Assembly: GCA_030264375.1 (NCBI GenBank)
Contig: JASCQW010000128.1
Location: forward strand, 33,825,973 to 33,889,972
Origin: Carcharhinus longimanus
Taxonomy: Eukaryota
Direction of reading: 5' to 3'
DNA: 64,000 nucleotides
The position numbers were made by a program, and so were the translations under genes. A model generated the notes under the pieces. It ran no database searches. It was not told the DNA's origin and was given only the letters and a program-made list of their open reading frames with translations. This document shows, in pieces, positions 23,576 to 36,547 of the stretch (its first letter is position 1; every line of letters starts with the position of its first letter).

Positions 23576-24744
23576 TAAAATTGCTCATCCCTTGTTTGAC
23601 AGTTCTCAGAAACAATTTTTTCTAGAGTTCCTGAAATTAGTCATCAAAAAAAAAACTGCATTTACATGGGGTTTTGTGGCAGTGTCTGAAGTCTGTGTCT
23701 AATTGTTTTACCAGCTGCTATTTTCACCAATGTTTCAGTATTTGAATGAGCATACATACTGATTCTGGTCTGTCAAATTTGCACCAAAGAACAGAAAAAA
23801 ATGAAAAAGACTAAGCCAGTTAAGAGGGTTGATGCATAAAGTTATAAAGATCATTGTTTAATAATACAAATCCTCAAATAGAAAATAATTGTTTTCAATG
23901 AAAATTTCCTTCTTCACTTAGATAATCTATAGATAAGCAGAAGTCAGTATCAATGTTTTGAATGTCAGTACCTCTTAACATGATAGTTTTAGACCACCCT
24001 ACACAAACAGTTGTAAATTTTAAACTCCTACTCACGGTTTCTAAGTAGTCTCATTTTAGGATTGCACTTACACAAGGTGATTCAAAAACATTCAGTTGAC
24101 AAGAAGAGGGATTGGCTTCTGTCAATGTTTAGGATTTGCTTTCACGACACCATAATTTTGTAAAAAAATAGCATGTGCGCGTGGGGGAAAAGAGGGAAGA
24201 GGAAGAAGAGGATAACTCCGTAAATATCAATTAAGTTAATCATCATAAGTAATCTCTCCAGCCAGTCACAAAGTTAAAAAAACCTTGTGATAAGTTACTT
24301 GCTTTGTCATTCCTACAAATAAGATTTCAAAATTTAAGATTTTATATTTTGTGGGAATAAAATGGAAGGCACCAATTAGATGTTAAAGTATACTGTGGGA
24401 TAATGAATCACAATAACTCTATTATTTAATACTATCACTCAAAGATAATCAGGAGAAAGAAAAAGTAGGTTTTCTCCAACGTCTACATATTTTAAGTTCG
24501 AACAAATAACTTATTCCTACGCTCCACCTTAATAATGCAATAAAAGTGGTCCAACTATGAACCATCACCACCTGGGAAATGTGCTTTAACTTAAATTTGA
24601 AATGAGGATACCTTCTGATAAATATTTGAAAGAAGTTTCCACCAAAAGGTCTTATGCTAGATTGAAAAAAATTCTCTTTTGCATCTAAACCTCAATATTA
24701 CTAAATGATAAAAAGGTGAAAGTCTTCTGTACCTAATACCTGTG

Positions 24745-25060
24745 CTCGCTGGCCTACACTGGCACATAGTTGAACAACATCTTTATTTTAATGTTATTAA
24801 ATTGGATGTTATTTTTCATCCTTGTTTTTGAATCCCTCCATGTTCCTACCCCTCCCCATATCTGGCCCTATAATCCTCCAAAATACCTGCACTCCTCTAA
24901 TTCTGACCTTTTTAGTCAAATGCAATTGCTCCACCAGTGAAGGCTGTGTCTACATTTCAATACTCTCCCTACATTTCTCTGCCTCCATACCTTGCTTTGT
25001 TTTAAAAAGGTATTCTTTAAAACCTTCCCTTTGGCCAAACTTTGTCACCTGACCTAATAT
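24745..25060 (+). mobile_element. L2-type LINE 3' fragment
   Basis: Similar to 17030-17690 (ctgcactcctctaattctg...taaaacct). Confidence 0.55.
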
Positions 25061-25224
25061 CTCTAACTGTCGCTGGGTCAACATCCTGGAACTCCTTTCC
25101 TAACAGCTTTATAGTTATACCAACACCAAATGGTGTGCAATGATTCAAGAAGGCACAGTGAAGCACTTTGGGATGTTTTCTACGTTAAAGGTGCTATAAA
25201 AATATTCAAGATGAGAAACAAGTT

Positions 25225-26320
25225 TGATGATACCCTCTGCGTGCCACACAGGAAAGATTATTGCAAAGATCATCCTCAATTTCCCCTTCCTGAGTCACCG
25301 TACAGCTTTCGCCCATCAAGAGGCTCTACAACTGCATGATAAATCCAAGAAAAATACCAGGGACAGCACCAACTGCTGTACATGGCCTTTTACAACCTCA
25401 CTGAAGCCTCTGACTTGTCAACTACGAAGTCCTACATGGCTGTAGTCAATTTTGTCAACATCCTCCACCTGCTTCACTATACCATGCAAGTCATGATTCT
25501 CTTTCGTAGAACCAACATAGACCCAACCTCAGAGAAGGCAGAGGTCAAACAAGACTGTCACTGTACCAACCCACTTCTCTATCTTCCTCTCTGCAATACT
25601 GCACCTCTCATACAAAAGCTACTCATGGGCCTGGAGATAATTTACAAAACAGATGGGAAACTGTTCAACTCACCCAGTCTTCAATCCAAAAGCAAATCAC
25701 TCCAATATCAGTCAGCTCCAAAATGCACTCACTCAGTGACCTTTATGAGAAAACTGGCCTTTCACTGAACACCCGGAAAACCAAGCTTCACTCAGCGGGA
25801 CAAGTTGCTCATATATCTGAAACTAGACTTCTAGTTTCTACCTGGAACTCAATTGTCGTAGGCAGAAGACTCCTAGGAGGATTTCGCTCTAGGCGCTTAC
25901 AGCATTTGAACTCCTAGGCACATTTTAAATGAGAAATAAAGTTATATTGCTTGGACAAAACAAATGACATAACTTTCGTGAAGAACTTTTGAATTGTGGA
26001 CATCTTCAAAACTTCTTGAAGAAGCCAAACATCCCCATAGGCGTTCCTGGCTTGTGACTATCCAAACGGAAAAAGTTCAATCAGGAAGGCACCAAACATA
26101 TTGACAGACTTTGTCGGGAATATGCAGAGCCAAAATCAAGGCATTGGACAGGGTGCACAAACCCCTCAGAAACTCATCTACCTAATCCTCCAAGCACCAC
26201 CTGCCCCAAGTGACAGAGTCTGCAAATGGTGTTTTGGACTTAGTAGCCCTCTTGGAATCCACTAAACCAGGGTGGAAACAGTCATTTTTGATTCCACGGG
26301 ACCTCCTAAGAAGATGGATA
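25225..26320 (+). mobile_element. decayed RTE/BovB-like LINE
   Basis: ORF remnants resembling RT (GVKQ-like EVKQDC, IIYKTDGKLFN, GLSLNTRKTK) and an RTE-type 3' end (gtcatttttgattccacgggacctcctaagaaga). Confidence 0.65.
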
Positions 26321-27579
26321 TAAATAAGTTGTTGTCGCTTGTAAAGTTTAAACTTCAGGACTTTTGAATCAGTGACATTTTAAATGAGAAATAAAGTTAT
26401 ATTGCTTAGACAAAACAAATGACATATTTCATAAAGTTTTGAATTGTGGACATTTAATCTTTAAAGAGTAGCTTGTTTGCTGGATAATAAGCCTTTTAAA
26501 AATCTGCAGATTTTACAAGAGTATGCTGACCTAGTAATCATACAACAGAAATTAAGTCTTTCCTATTATTAGGAACCCCTACTCAAAAACTCTGATCATA
26601 TCCTGCAAGGAGAGGGAGTAACTTTATGGAACGAGCACAGTAAATCTCCAGTGAGATTATACATTGAAGAAAAATCAAACTATAGAAGTTAGATCATTGG
26701 TAACATATGGAACACCAAGTAGTAACAATATACAGAAATAAACACAAGTTCACAATCCGTGGAAATTTGACTGAACAATCTTTGACAGTAACAGCAAGAT
26801 TGTTCTTGCGCCGGGCATATTTTACCAATAAGATGTTTTGTTGATAACGGAATAAAGAGTAACATTATCACCCTATTCCTATCTTTTTGGTTGATTCCTG
26901 TTAAGGAAATGAAACATAATACTACGCGGCTAATTGGCTAGCATGGACAAATCAGCTTCCTGATCCATAAGGAAATAAACCAGTCATGCAGGTTTAACTC
27001 CTGGACTCCATCCAGATCCGTAGACAGTCCTTGACCATTAGTGAGCAATACCACAAATAATTTAATAACTCAAAACTATCCAAAGAGGTCTTTATTGTGC
27101 ATAATTTGGCAGTGAAGTATGAAAATAATATTTCAACAAACAATTCAGGTATGATTGATCTAGTTATTTTGTATGTAGTAGTTGTTTTCATCACTATCTA
27201 GGGCTGAACAACAAATGCCAAATGCTTATAAATTAGATTCAAATTTATTTTCAAACAACTACAAGAGAAGTGTAAAAGAGCTAATGATATTCCAATTATG
27301 TAGTTTCATAAAGGGAACGCTCTGCCTACAACAATAACAATAATTTACCTGTGGCTGTAGTCTTGAGTTGAATACTATGAAAATACATTGTTGCAAATTT
27401 TGGAAGGAGCTGGGTGTGGGAGCCTGAGAAATCTGGTAAAATAATTTAACTTTTGATTGCAGCCGAGCACAGTGCACAACTACTTGGTGTTTTGTCTATC
27501 TTGGTTCAATGATAGCATGCCATTTCTGAATCAGAAGGTCAATGTTTATGCTCCTCACCAGACACTGGGCAACAAAATT

Positions 27580-27910
27580 CAATTGTGTGCAATCAAGTCC
27601 CACAAACAACAATGAGATACATGAACAGATAATCTCTTTTTAGCAGTCTTGGTTGAATGGTAAATATTGGCCAGGGCACCAGGAGAATATCATTGCTCAT
27701 CTTGGATTGTGTTATGGGACTTTTTAATGTTTACTTGAGAAGGCAAGGTCTTGGTTTAATGGTTCATCTGAAAGACAACATCCCCAACAATAGAACACTC
27801 CTCAGTATTGCACTGAAGTGCAACTGGATAATGAATATTCTGAAAATGCATGCTGAGCACATGACCTTCAGACTCATACGTCAAAAATATTCAGTGGGTC
27901 TGTCAACACA
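27580..27910 (-). mobile_element. Deu-SINE
   Basis: aaatattggccagggcaccaggagaa...ggtttaatggttcatctgaaagacaacatc...cactcctcagtattgcactgaagtg. Confidence 0.75.
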
Positions 27911-30699
27911 GGTTGAATATTTGGGTGAACCTTTCTTCAAAAAAATTTATTTTTGTTGGATATCCATAACTTCTGTCTTAATAAACTTAGGTTGCAATGT
28001 TACTTTGTGATCAAGACTAGGATGAAAAAAGATCAGTTGAAAAATCTACCCAATTATTCATGTCCCTCAGCAGATTGCATAAATTGGATAGAGCCCATAC
28101 TATAGGGTGTATACGTGTTCTGAGAGGGGAATCTATTTTCCAATTAAATATACTCACAATAACAGCAAAAACATCGCAGGCTTTTACTTTCAAATTTTCA
28201 TGCTCCCCTGAGTAATTTCTTTACTATCTTCAAACTATAATCAAGATTTATATATAAAAATTTCTTTGCACATGATCAAGAACACCGCACCACAAATTGA
28301 AACTTATATATTTGGCCTGTGGTGCCATGGTACATAATTAGATTGATGACAAAGGCAGAAAGTTGAACTGTGGACTATGGGCTAATAAGGTGATGCAAAA
28401 GAGTAATCAACTTGAGCTTCCAGTGTCCTTTCTTTAAAATGGGGTTTCAACCAAGTTTTAAAAAGTCATAACTCTGATGCTTTCAGAAATTTTAACTTTC
28501 AGGAATGAGCTACTAAATTCAATTCTGTAATCCTCAACACCAAAACAGCATATGAAATCAAATGGATCACATTTTCATTGAATTTATTTAAGGTAAATGT
28601 GTTTGATTTTCAACTATGTGACTATAATGTGGTTTAATGAAAAGTCAAGTTTGTTCTGAACAACTAAAAAATTCTTTGGGTGTTGGGGGGTGGGAGACAA
28701 TCTTGCAGTACAAATTTCAGCTCTTATTTTAAAGTATCTTCTATATGGTGTTGATTTATTTTCTTATTTGAAAGTGGTTGGGAATTACTTTAATACTTCA
28801 GCAGTGGTGCTATTCCATAAGAAGCAATACATTAAAAAACACATTGCTGTTTGTTGATTCTGTTCAATACTTGTGGTTCAGAGTATTATTTTTGAAATAT
28901 TACTGTGAAATAACTAGAAATTGCTTATGTTTGTCTGAAAGCATATAATGGACCAGAAACAGAAATATAAACATTCATGGTTGTAGCCAGCAATTTAATT
29001 GAGAAGTTCAAATGCTGTAAGCGCCTAGAGCGAAATTCAGTTTATAAGTCATTTGGACCATGAGATTAAATTACAACCTTGAAACATTCCCTGCTATTAT
29101 CATTTATATGAGCTTCGACTACATGAGGGACTTTATTTCATCACTTTTCCTCCTAGCACCAAGACAATGTCCGCTATGTCCTTGATGTGCAGTGAAGCTC
29201 ACAAGATTAATAAATGTGACACAACCACTGAAGACTTGAAAGTTATCTGCAGCGGATTACTCGGCCATTCTGTGTCCAACACGTGTCACATAGTAATAGA
29301 TAGTGAATTGTGTTCTCAAAGAACTAAGCTGCCTAATTATGGAGAAAAGAAAAAAACTGGCTTTAGACCATCAAAATCAAAACACTAAACATTTGCAATT
29401 GTGACAAGAAAAATCCCTGTTACAGCATAAAAGTAGCATGGAGCAAGAACGACTGATTATAATAAGATATGTAATTTCACAGACATCATACTTTTAGTTC
29501 CACTATAAACTCCACTACTGGAACCAGTTGTATCGAATATGCAACACAGTTACAGGCCATTCAGCCTGATTACTCTTGTTCAGTGGTTTATATTCCACAT
29601 TTAAGATGGAGTCTCCTCCCATTCAAATCCACCTCATCCCAGCCATTCAGCATTCTATCTATCATCTTTTATCTCAGGTACTTGTGTAGTCCTTTGACAC
29701 ATGCAATGTATTTGCCTGAACTACTTCCTGTGGTAGTGAATATCATATTTTAACCACTGACTAATCTCCTGGAGGGAAGGTTCTGTGAGTTCTGCTCCTG
29801 GATTCCTCGCACAAAGGAAAATACACCAAGGCACGCCAAAACCCCAAAATAAATAAACTTTATATCGTCATTAACTATCCTACATTGCCTTCAATAGAAA
29901 TATTCCATAACCGTAGCCCAGGAACCACACTGAGTCACATGCCTTTTCATAAAAATGTTAACAGTATCAAAGCAGGCCATGTCACCTAATAGGTCTGCAC
30001 AGGTGTTTTTCCTCCGTGAATCACTAACTCTAATCCCCTTCTCTCCTGCCTGTTCCCATCTTTATGTTTCATTTTATTGGCAGAGTATTTCATAGACTAA
30101 TCACCAAAAGAATTTTCTCTTTCCTCTCCTTCAATTCTTTTTGCAATCTGCTTGGGTTAATGTTTATATTGTCTAATTGTTGCATAACACATTAATCAGG
30201 GATAATTGGAGGCACAACATCAATAATAACTAGATGCTGTTCAACTAATATAGGTGCTAATTAGAAAATAAATTCAATCCTATTTAAATAAAGGTTTGGA
30301 AGTATATGAAAACATCCCTCTGCACATGTTTAAAGCATTTGCTGTAATTTACAGAACATAAAACAAAAGCCAAAAAGGAGTATAATTGAAGGTGTTTTTA
30401 AATGCGCACACAACATAGTTCAAGAAATGCAATATAAACTTTGTCTTTAAAATTAGTCCAACTTTTTCTTCAAAAGCAAAGGTACTAGAACCTTACAGTA
30501 GTTCTGTTTAATTATAATTTTGCATCCTATGAAACTCAGTACAATGTGCATGTTCAAACAAAAAATCCAAATTTAATTAACAGCATCACAGTTCTGGACA
30601 AAAAAACTGGAGTCAGGAATTCACTGCAACGATGATTATCGACAAATGCCACAAATTATACATTGTGCTGCTTAGTTCTTTAGTGACAAGTTCATTTTT

Positions 30700-30972
30700 A
30701 AGTTTTATTTTTTAGTCACAAGTAGGTTTACATTCACACTGCAATGAAGTTACTATGAAAATCCTCTAGTCACCACACTCCAGTACACTGAAGGAGAGTT
30801 TAACATGGTCACCTAACATCTTTGGAGTGTGGGAAGAAACCAGAGAACCCAGAGGAAACCCACACAGACATGGGGAGAATGTGCAAATTCCACACAGTGA
30901 CCCAAGCCAGAATCGAACCCGGGTGCCTGGCGCTGAGGAAGCAGTGCTAACCATTGTGCCACCATGCCGCCC
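30700..30972 (-). mobile_element. V-SINE/HE1-type tRNA SINE with an alternative tail
   Basis: Head is the reverse complement of gggcggcatggtggcacaatggttagcactgcttcctcagcgccaggcacccgggttcgattc. Confidence 0.85.
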
Positions 30973-32019
30973 AATATTACAATTTGCTGGTCAAGATAAC
31001 TTCGATGTGCTGCAGTAAACGTAACAGCAACTCAAAGTGGTACAAAAACATATCCCTGAAATACTGGGAAAGCATTGAGTATTGCCTGCTAAAACAGCTC
31101 ACATCAAATTTCAGCCATTGTACACCAAGGGGCTGGAAACTGTGTAAACAGACTATATACCTTGCATGTATATTGTAAATATCAAAGTACTGAAATTGTA
31201 CTGAGGCACCTCAGAGTGAGATATGCTCAACGGAGAAAAGTTGAATGTTAGTGCACTCTGTAATATTAAATTTGAAATGGTTAGATTGTATTTACACAAA
31301 TTTTATGAATAAAGTATAAATTTTGGAAAATATGGTAGCAAAGGAAATGCTTTGTTAACATATTTAAAGTTGTTACCTGAAAAATAGCAATGCAATGCAT
31401 ATTTTAAAAGCATTGTCCCAGAATTTGTTACAAAACAATCTTGCATGGTTTTAGCAGTATATGCTTTATTGCAAACGGGTGAAATGTAGGCACAAATCAA
31501 TGCAACTGCTAATCCCTCTTAATACAACATAAATATTAATAACTTAACAAACAATAACATTGCAATGAAGTGATGTAACAACTAATTTATTAATTTAAGA
31601 AGTGTTGAGCATTTTGTTGGGCTCCTATTTATAATTAGCAGTGTTAAAGCAATGTCACCGGGTCCCATGACATCTTTTACTAACTGAAATCCCAAGTGAG
31701 CCTGTTCAAACCTGAGCTGTTCCATAATGTAAACAGCAGTCAGCACAGGGCTTCCACCACCACCACTCCCACTGGTTCTGGAAGATAAATAATTGTTTTT
31801 TAAAGCAGTGCCTTTAGTCCAAATCAATGGATTACAAAGTAAAGGTCTTAATATTTGAACCAGTTTATTCAAATTAAGGTTCATTTGCATTATTAGAATA
31901 CTGTATTTATGACTTTTCCTATTCTTGTGATTATACCAAGATCATTGAGCCCTTTCATGAAGTTTGTTAATCACCGAATACACTGCAATGATGATACTAA
32001 CGCTCATTCAACAAACTCG

Positions 32020-32600
32020 AACTGGAGTTGAGTATTGTACCTGGTACAGAGGAATCTGGAGGTTCTTCTTTGAGGATGACAGGATTGAGAGAGTAGTTAG
32101 CAAAGCATTTGAGATTTAGGTTTCATTAAAAACAATACTGAGTATAAAAGATTATGCTGAACCTATTTAAGCCATAACTACAGTGGTTTGTCCAGTTTTG
32201 GTCACCACAGGTTAGAAGGATCAGAGAGTCCTTGAGGGTACAGAAGATATATCAATAGTTTCAAGGATTTGGAAATTTTGATGGAGGTGTACAAGGTTAT
32301 GACAGGTTTAGATAAAGGAGACAAAGTTGTTCCAATTGGCTGATAGTACAAGGAAAAGGCAACAGAGATTTAAAGTTTTGGGCAAGAAATGCAGAGGGTA
32401 TATGAGGAAATACTTTTTTATGCAGGAAGTGTTAGTGGCTTGCAGCCTCACAGTGATGATGGTGAAAGTAGAGATGATCAATGATTTCAAAAGGAAATAA
32501 TCTTTCAAGGGATAGAGTATTGGAACAGAACTGACTGCATTGTACTGCAGAGAGCCAGCAAGGACTGGATGGGCCAAATGGCCTCCTTCTGTGTCATAAT
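32020..32600 (+). mobile_element. decayed CR1 LINE 3' portion
   Basis: cagttttggtcacca, gaggtgtacaaggttatgacagg, and the 3' end gatgggccaaatggcctccttctgtgtcataatgact. Confidence 0.75.
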
Positions 32601-32615
32601 GACTGATTTTAGTGG

Positions 32616-32948
32616 GAAGCAGAACTATGATAATTAGCTGTTCAACTGTATTGTCAAAAATCTGTGACGCAGTGCAAAATTCCCCAACTGTGACATGGTG
32701 TATGTAGTGCCATAATTTTCTCAAATTTCAGAGCCATAGTTATGCTGAACACCATAGACAAAATGTTAACATGATACAGTTTTATGGCAAATTCACAATG
32801 GTTTGTCTCTGGTGTTCAGCATAATTATGGTTCTGAAATTTGAGAAAATTATGGTATTACATATACTATGCCACAGTTCAGGAATTTTGCATTGCTTCAC
32901 AAACTCTTGGTAATACAGTTGAACAGCTAATTATCATAGTTTTGCTTC
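32616..32948. repeat. long inverted repeat (two ~147-bp arms, ~39-bp spacer)
   Basis: 32616-32762 is the reverse complement of 32802-32948 with scattered, mostly transition, mismatches. Confidence 0.95.
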
Positions 32949-34372
32949 TTTTTTTTGTTTAGGTTAAGACCATAATTTTGCAAGTTGAGAAACTTCAATT
33001 ACTGAAGAAGAAATGAGAAATGAAGAAATAGCACGTTAAAAATGTGTTAGGAGTTTTAATTTTTGATCACAATCCAGGAGTTGGGGCGGTGTGTGCAGAT
33101 ACATGAACATCGAGGGAACGTAACTGTAATTTATGTTCATCAAATATTTTACTTGTGTATTGCTCCTCCCTCTGCCAATCGCAGGTCCTCTTCCTCTCCG
33201 CTTCCTCTTACAGATCCCATTTCCAATCCCTCTCAGGCTCCACTCGCTCCCCCGCCCTCCCACACCCTCGCAACACTCGCTCCCCCAGTCCCTCCTCGCT
33301 CTCTCAATTGCCTACCCTCAGTCCCTCACAGGCCCCCTCTGACCATCATTCCTTCTCGGTGCTCATCCTGATTGATACAACTTAGGTTTTGTGTTGTTTC
33401 CAACTCATCTAATCTGAGGCTGGATTCTGAAGAAGCCAACTGAAGATTGGATGATCTGCAAATGACATGAAACGCAAACTCAGCCTGGCCTGGCGTAGAA
33501 CCCCTGGGGAGGCTTCTGTGGAATCCCAGTTTGGGAATCCCAGATGTACACCATCATTATGATGCAGAAATTTGAAGTGCGAGTGACCTACAATGAAGAG
33601 TTCAGTGCATTGTATGGATTTACCCACACCACCAGCTCACCAAGCCAATAGTAAGGTTGAAAAAGGAGTATGTACAGAAAAATCATTGCTGAAGAAGAAC
33701 AAAACATCCAACTTGCACCTTTGAACTTTCAACTCAATTCTAAAATGGTTTAGCATTATGTGAACGCCTGAAAACTTTACTCTCCCACACACACACTTAT
33801 GGCACAAGTGCAAGCTGATGACTTGGAAAAAATAAGGCAGAAAGAGGGTATGTATCATTCCAGTCAAATGTGCAATCATGACAAACATCACAAATCACAC
33901 AATCTGCAAGAGTTAGTTTGGATCAGAGACCAATCTCTTTATGGACAGTGTTTGAACAGATACAATTGAAAACATTACAGTGAGACAAAACAGATGTGCA
34001 GTATTTGCCAAACAGAAGCAACCCCCTACAGCACTGAAGGGGTCGCCTCCCCCAGTCAAAAAGACCAGAGATGCTATGTTCTTCAAGAGATCCAAATTGG
34101 TGAACACGAGTCTTCTACAAATGCTCCTTCTGCTCAGCAGAGCCCAAGAGATCGCATGCAGGATTCAAATCCCCAATCTCTCGTAAGGGAGCTGAGGATC
34201 TGCTTGGATAGACTAATGAAACTGCTTGAGATACAGAATAGTCTTAGGAAGCGATGTAATGTCTCATGATGTGGCCATCTTTTCTATAGCCTTATTGTAA
34301 GATGTAGCTTTCTGTAAGATGTGTTCCAATAAAGTTGACGTTTTCCTTACCTCAACAGGCTCTATAAATATT

Positions 34373-35850
34373 GGGTGGGATTCTCTCCAAAAAAATTTTA
34401 AGTTCTGAATTCGCGTAAAAACTGGAGTAAATCCCACTGGTTTTTTCAACGGGATTTTCAAAATGAACCTCCTACACTGTGCATTACAGAGTGTACTAAC
34501 GTGAATCTCATTAAAAATCTGTGGCAGGGCCTATTCCTGCTGGAGAGAATCATAAAATTCTACAGTGCAGCACGAGGCCATTCAGCCTATTGAGCCTGCG
34601 CCTGCAACAATCCCAACCAGGCTCTATCCCCATGACCACACCTATTTACCCTGCTAATCCCCCTGACATTAAGATGCAATTTACCATGACCAATCCACCT
34701 AACTCACACATCTTTGAACTGTGGGAGGGAACTGAAGCACCTGGAGGAAACCCACACAGACACAGGGAGAATGCGTGAACTCCATAGTGACCCGAGGCTC
34801 GAATGGAACCCTGTGAGGCAGTAATGCTAATCACTATGTCGCCCAGAGAGAGGCCAGCAGCATAGAATCATAGAGGTTTATAGCATGGAAACAACTTGAC
34901 CATGCCGCCCTTTTCTTTTTTTTTTAAAAAGACTCCTAAGCTAGTCCCAATTGCCCGCATTTGGTCCACAACCCTCTATACCCATCTTACCCATGTAACT
35001 ATTTAAATGCTTTATAAAAGACAAAATTGTACCCACCTCTACTACCTCTGGCAGCTTGTTCCAGACACTCACTACCCTCTGCATGAAAAAATTGCCCCTC
35101 TAGACCCTTTTGTATCTCTCCCCTCTCACCTTAAACCTATGCCCTCTAGTTTTAGACTACCCTATCTTTGGGAAAAGATGTTGACTATCTAGTTGATCTA
35201 TGTCCCTCATTATTTGATAGGCTGTGTGGGCCACTGCGCATGTGATCTGCCAGTGCCGAGAGTGACGCATGCGTAGTATTCCTGCACTCCCAGCCTCCTG
35301 ATTGCTGGCCAGCCTTGTGACCTTTCCATTGCTGCCCCACCGATTCCCCTATGGCCCGATCACTTGCCTCCTGGATGAATGTGGGCCAGCCTGAGACTGC
35401 GCCCATCCCGATTTCTCTAGCCCCTGCCCCCACAACTGACAGTCTCGACCTCAATCCCCGCAACCCAGCCCCCTTGGTAGGCTGACCCCAATGTACAGCC
35501 CTGATTGTTGATCTCCCTCTCTCCCGGTGTCACACAGCCCAAATGCAGAGTGGCAGTGATCTCTCCACCGATCTCTTCAGAGGCCCCACCCCATTATGCC
35601 ACCTTTCAGCACTGCCTGTACCTGGTGAGTAGTACCAAGATGCCTCCTGGACATTTACACTTTGCTTCTTGGACAATGCCAGGAGGCCAGGCTGGCACTG
35701 CCTCAGGGAGCACTCCTCTTTAAGCCCAACCTTCTGGGGGCCTCCATGGCCTGTCTTCACTCCAGTGCGCTCGGACTGCTAGTTCCCTACTAGCAGGCAG
35801 TTGTTGCAAACTTTGGTGCAGAGCTGACAACGCCAAAAATCCAGCAGACG
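34373..35850. mobile_element. Harbinger-like non-autonomous element with nested HE1 SINE (34550-34845, -) and CR1 3' end (34861-35215, -)
   Basis: Termini gggtgggattctctcc ... aaaaatccagc. The nested CR1 piece is highly similar to 36548-36880. Confidence 0.6.
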
Positions 35851-36547
35851 GAGACACATGGAGGCTGTGGCACCCAGCGGGAAGCCTGCTACAAGGTCTC
35901 CACTTGAGTCTCCTACGCTGAATACCTGTTATGTTCACCCAATGACACCAAGAATTTCTACTATAGTGTTGCTTCAAACCAATAAGATTGCAAACCATTG
36001 GCAACTAAAGATTGCCAGCCGATCATCTGACGATCTATTGAAGACCAGCTACCACCATGTTAACGTTTCTATCATGTTTCCTAAGGTGAATGCTGCTGCT
36101 ATTTTATGTTCATACCTTGGCATTCCCATTTCAAACCAGTGTAACTACTGATTTAACAGTGTATCTACACATCATCATGAGATTTTGCTACTTTATATTT
36201 AAAAGGATTATTATCACTTAAAGAGTAATTTGTAAACCCTGGGTGGTTGGCTGGCAGAAAGAGTAGGTAAATCAACTGCAAGTTGCAGTGGGAGGCCTGC
36301 AGCACAGTGTAACAGCTAGACCTCACTTAAATGCAGGGGCGGGGGGGGAGGTGTCACTGGCTTGAGCAGTTTTGTAGAATCTACAAGATAATTCCTTCAA
36401 ATATTCTTCACAAAAATAAGACCAACGACCGGAAGTGTGGGTGGGAACTCTGCTTTCGGTTTGACAGTTTCTGCTGGGTAGTATATTCGTGATGGATGCT
36501 CTGTCCTGTAGGCCATAAAAATGTACTTTCCACGAAATACTCGATTA

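Noticed and set aside
31582-31890. ORF containing IMEQ, resembling BAIAP2L1 exon 2 (NVMEQFNP)
   Set aside because: Similarity is only 3-4 residues, there is no acceptor, and it lies downstream of exon 3. Exon 2 was not found in 47811-64000.
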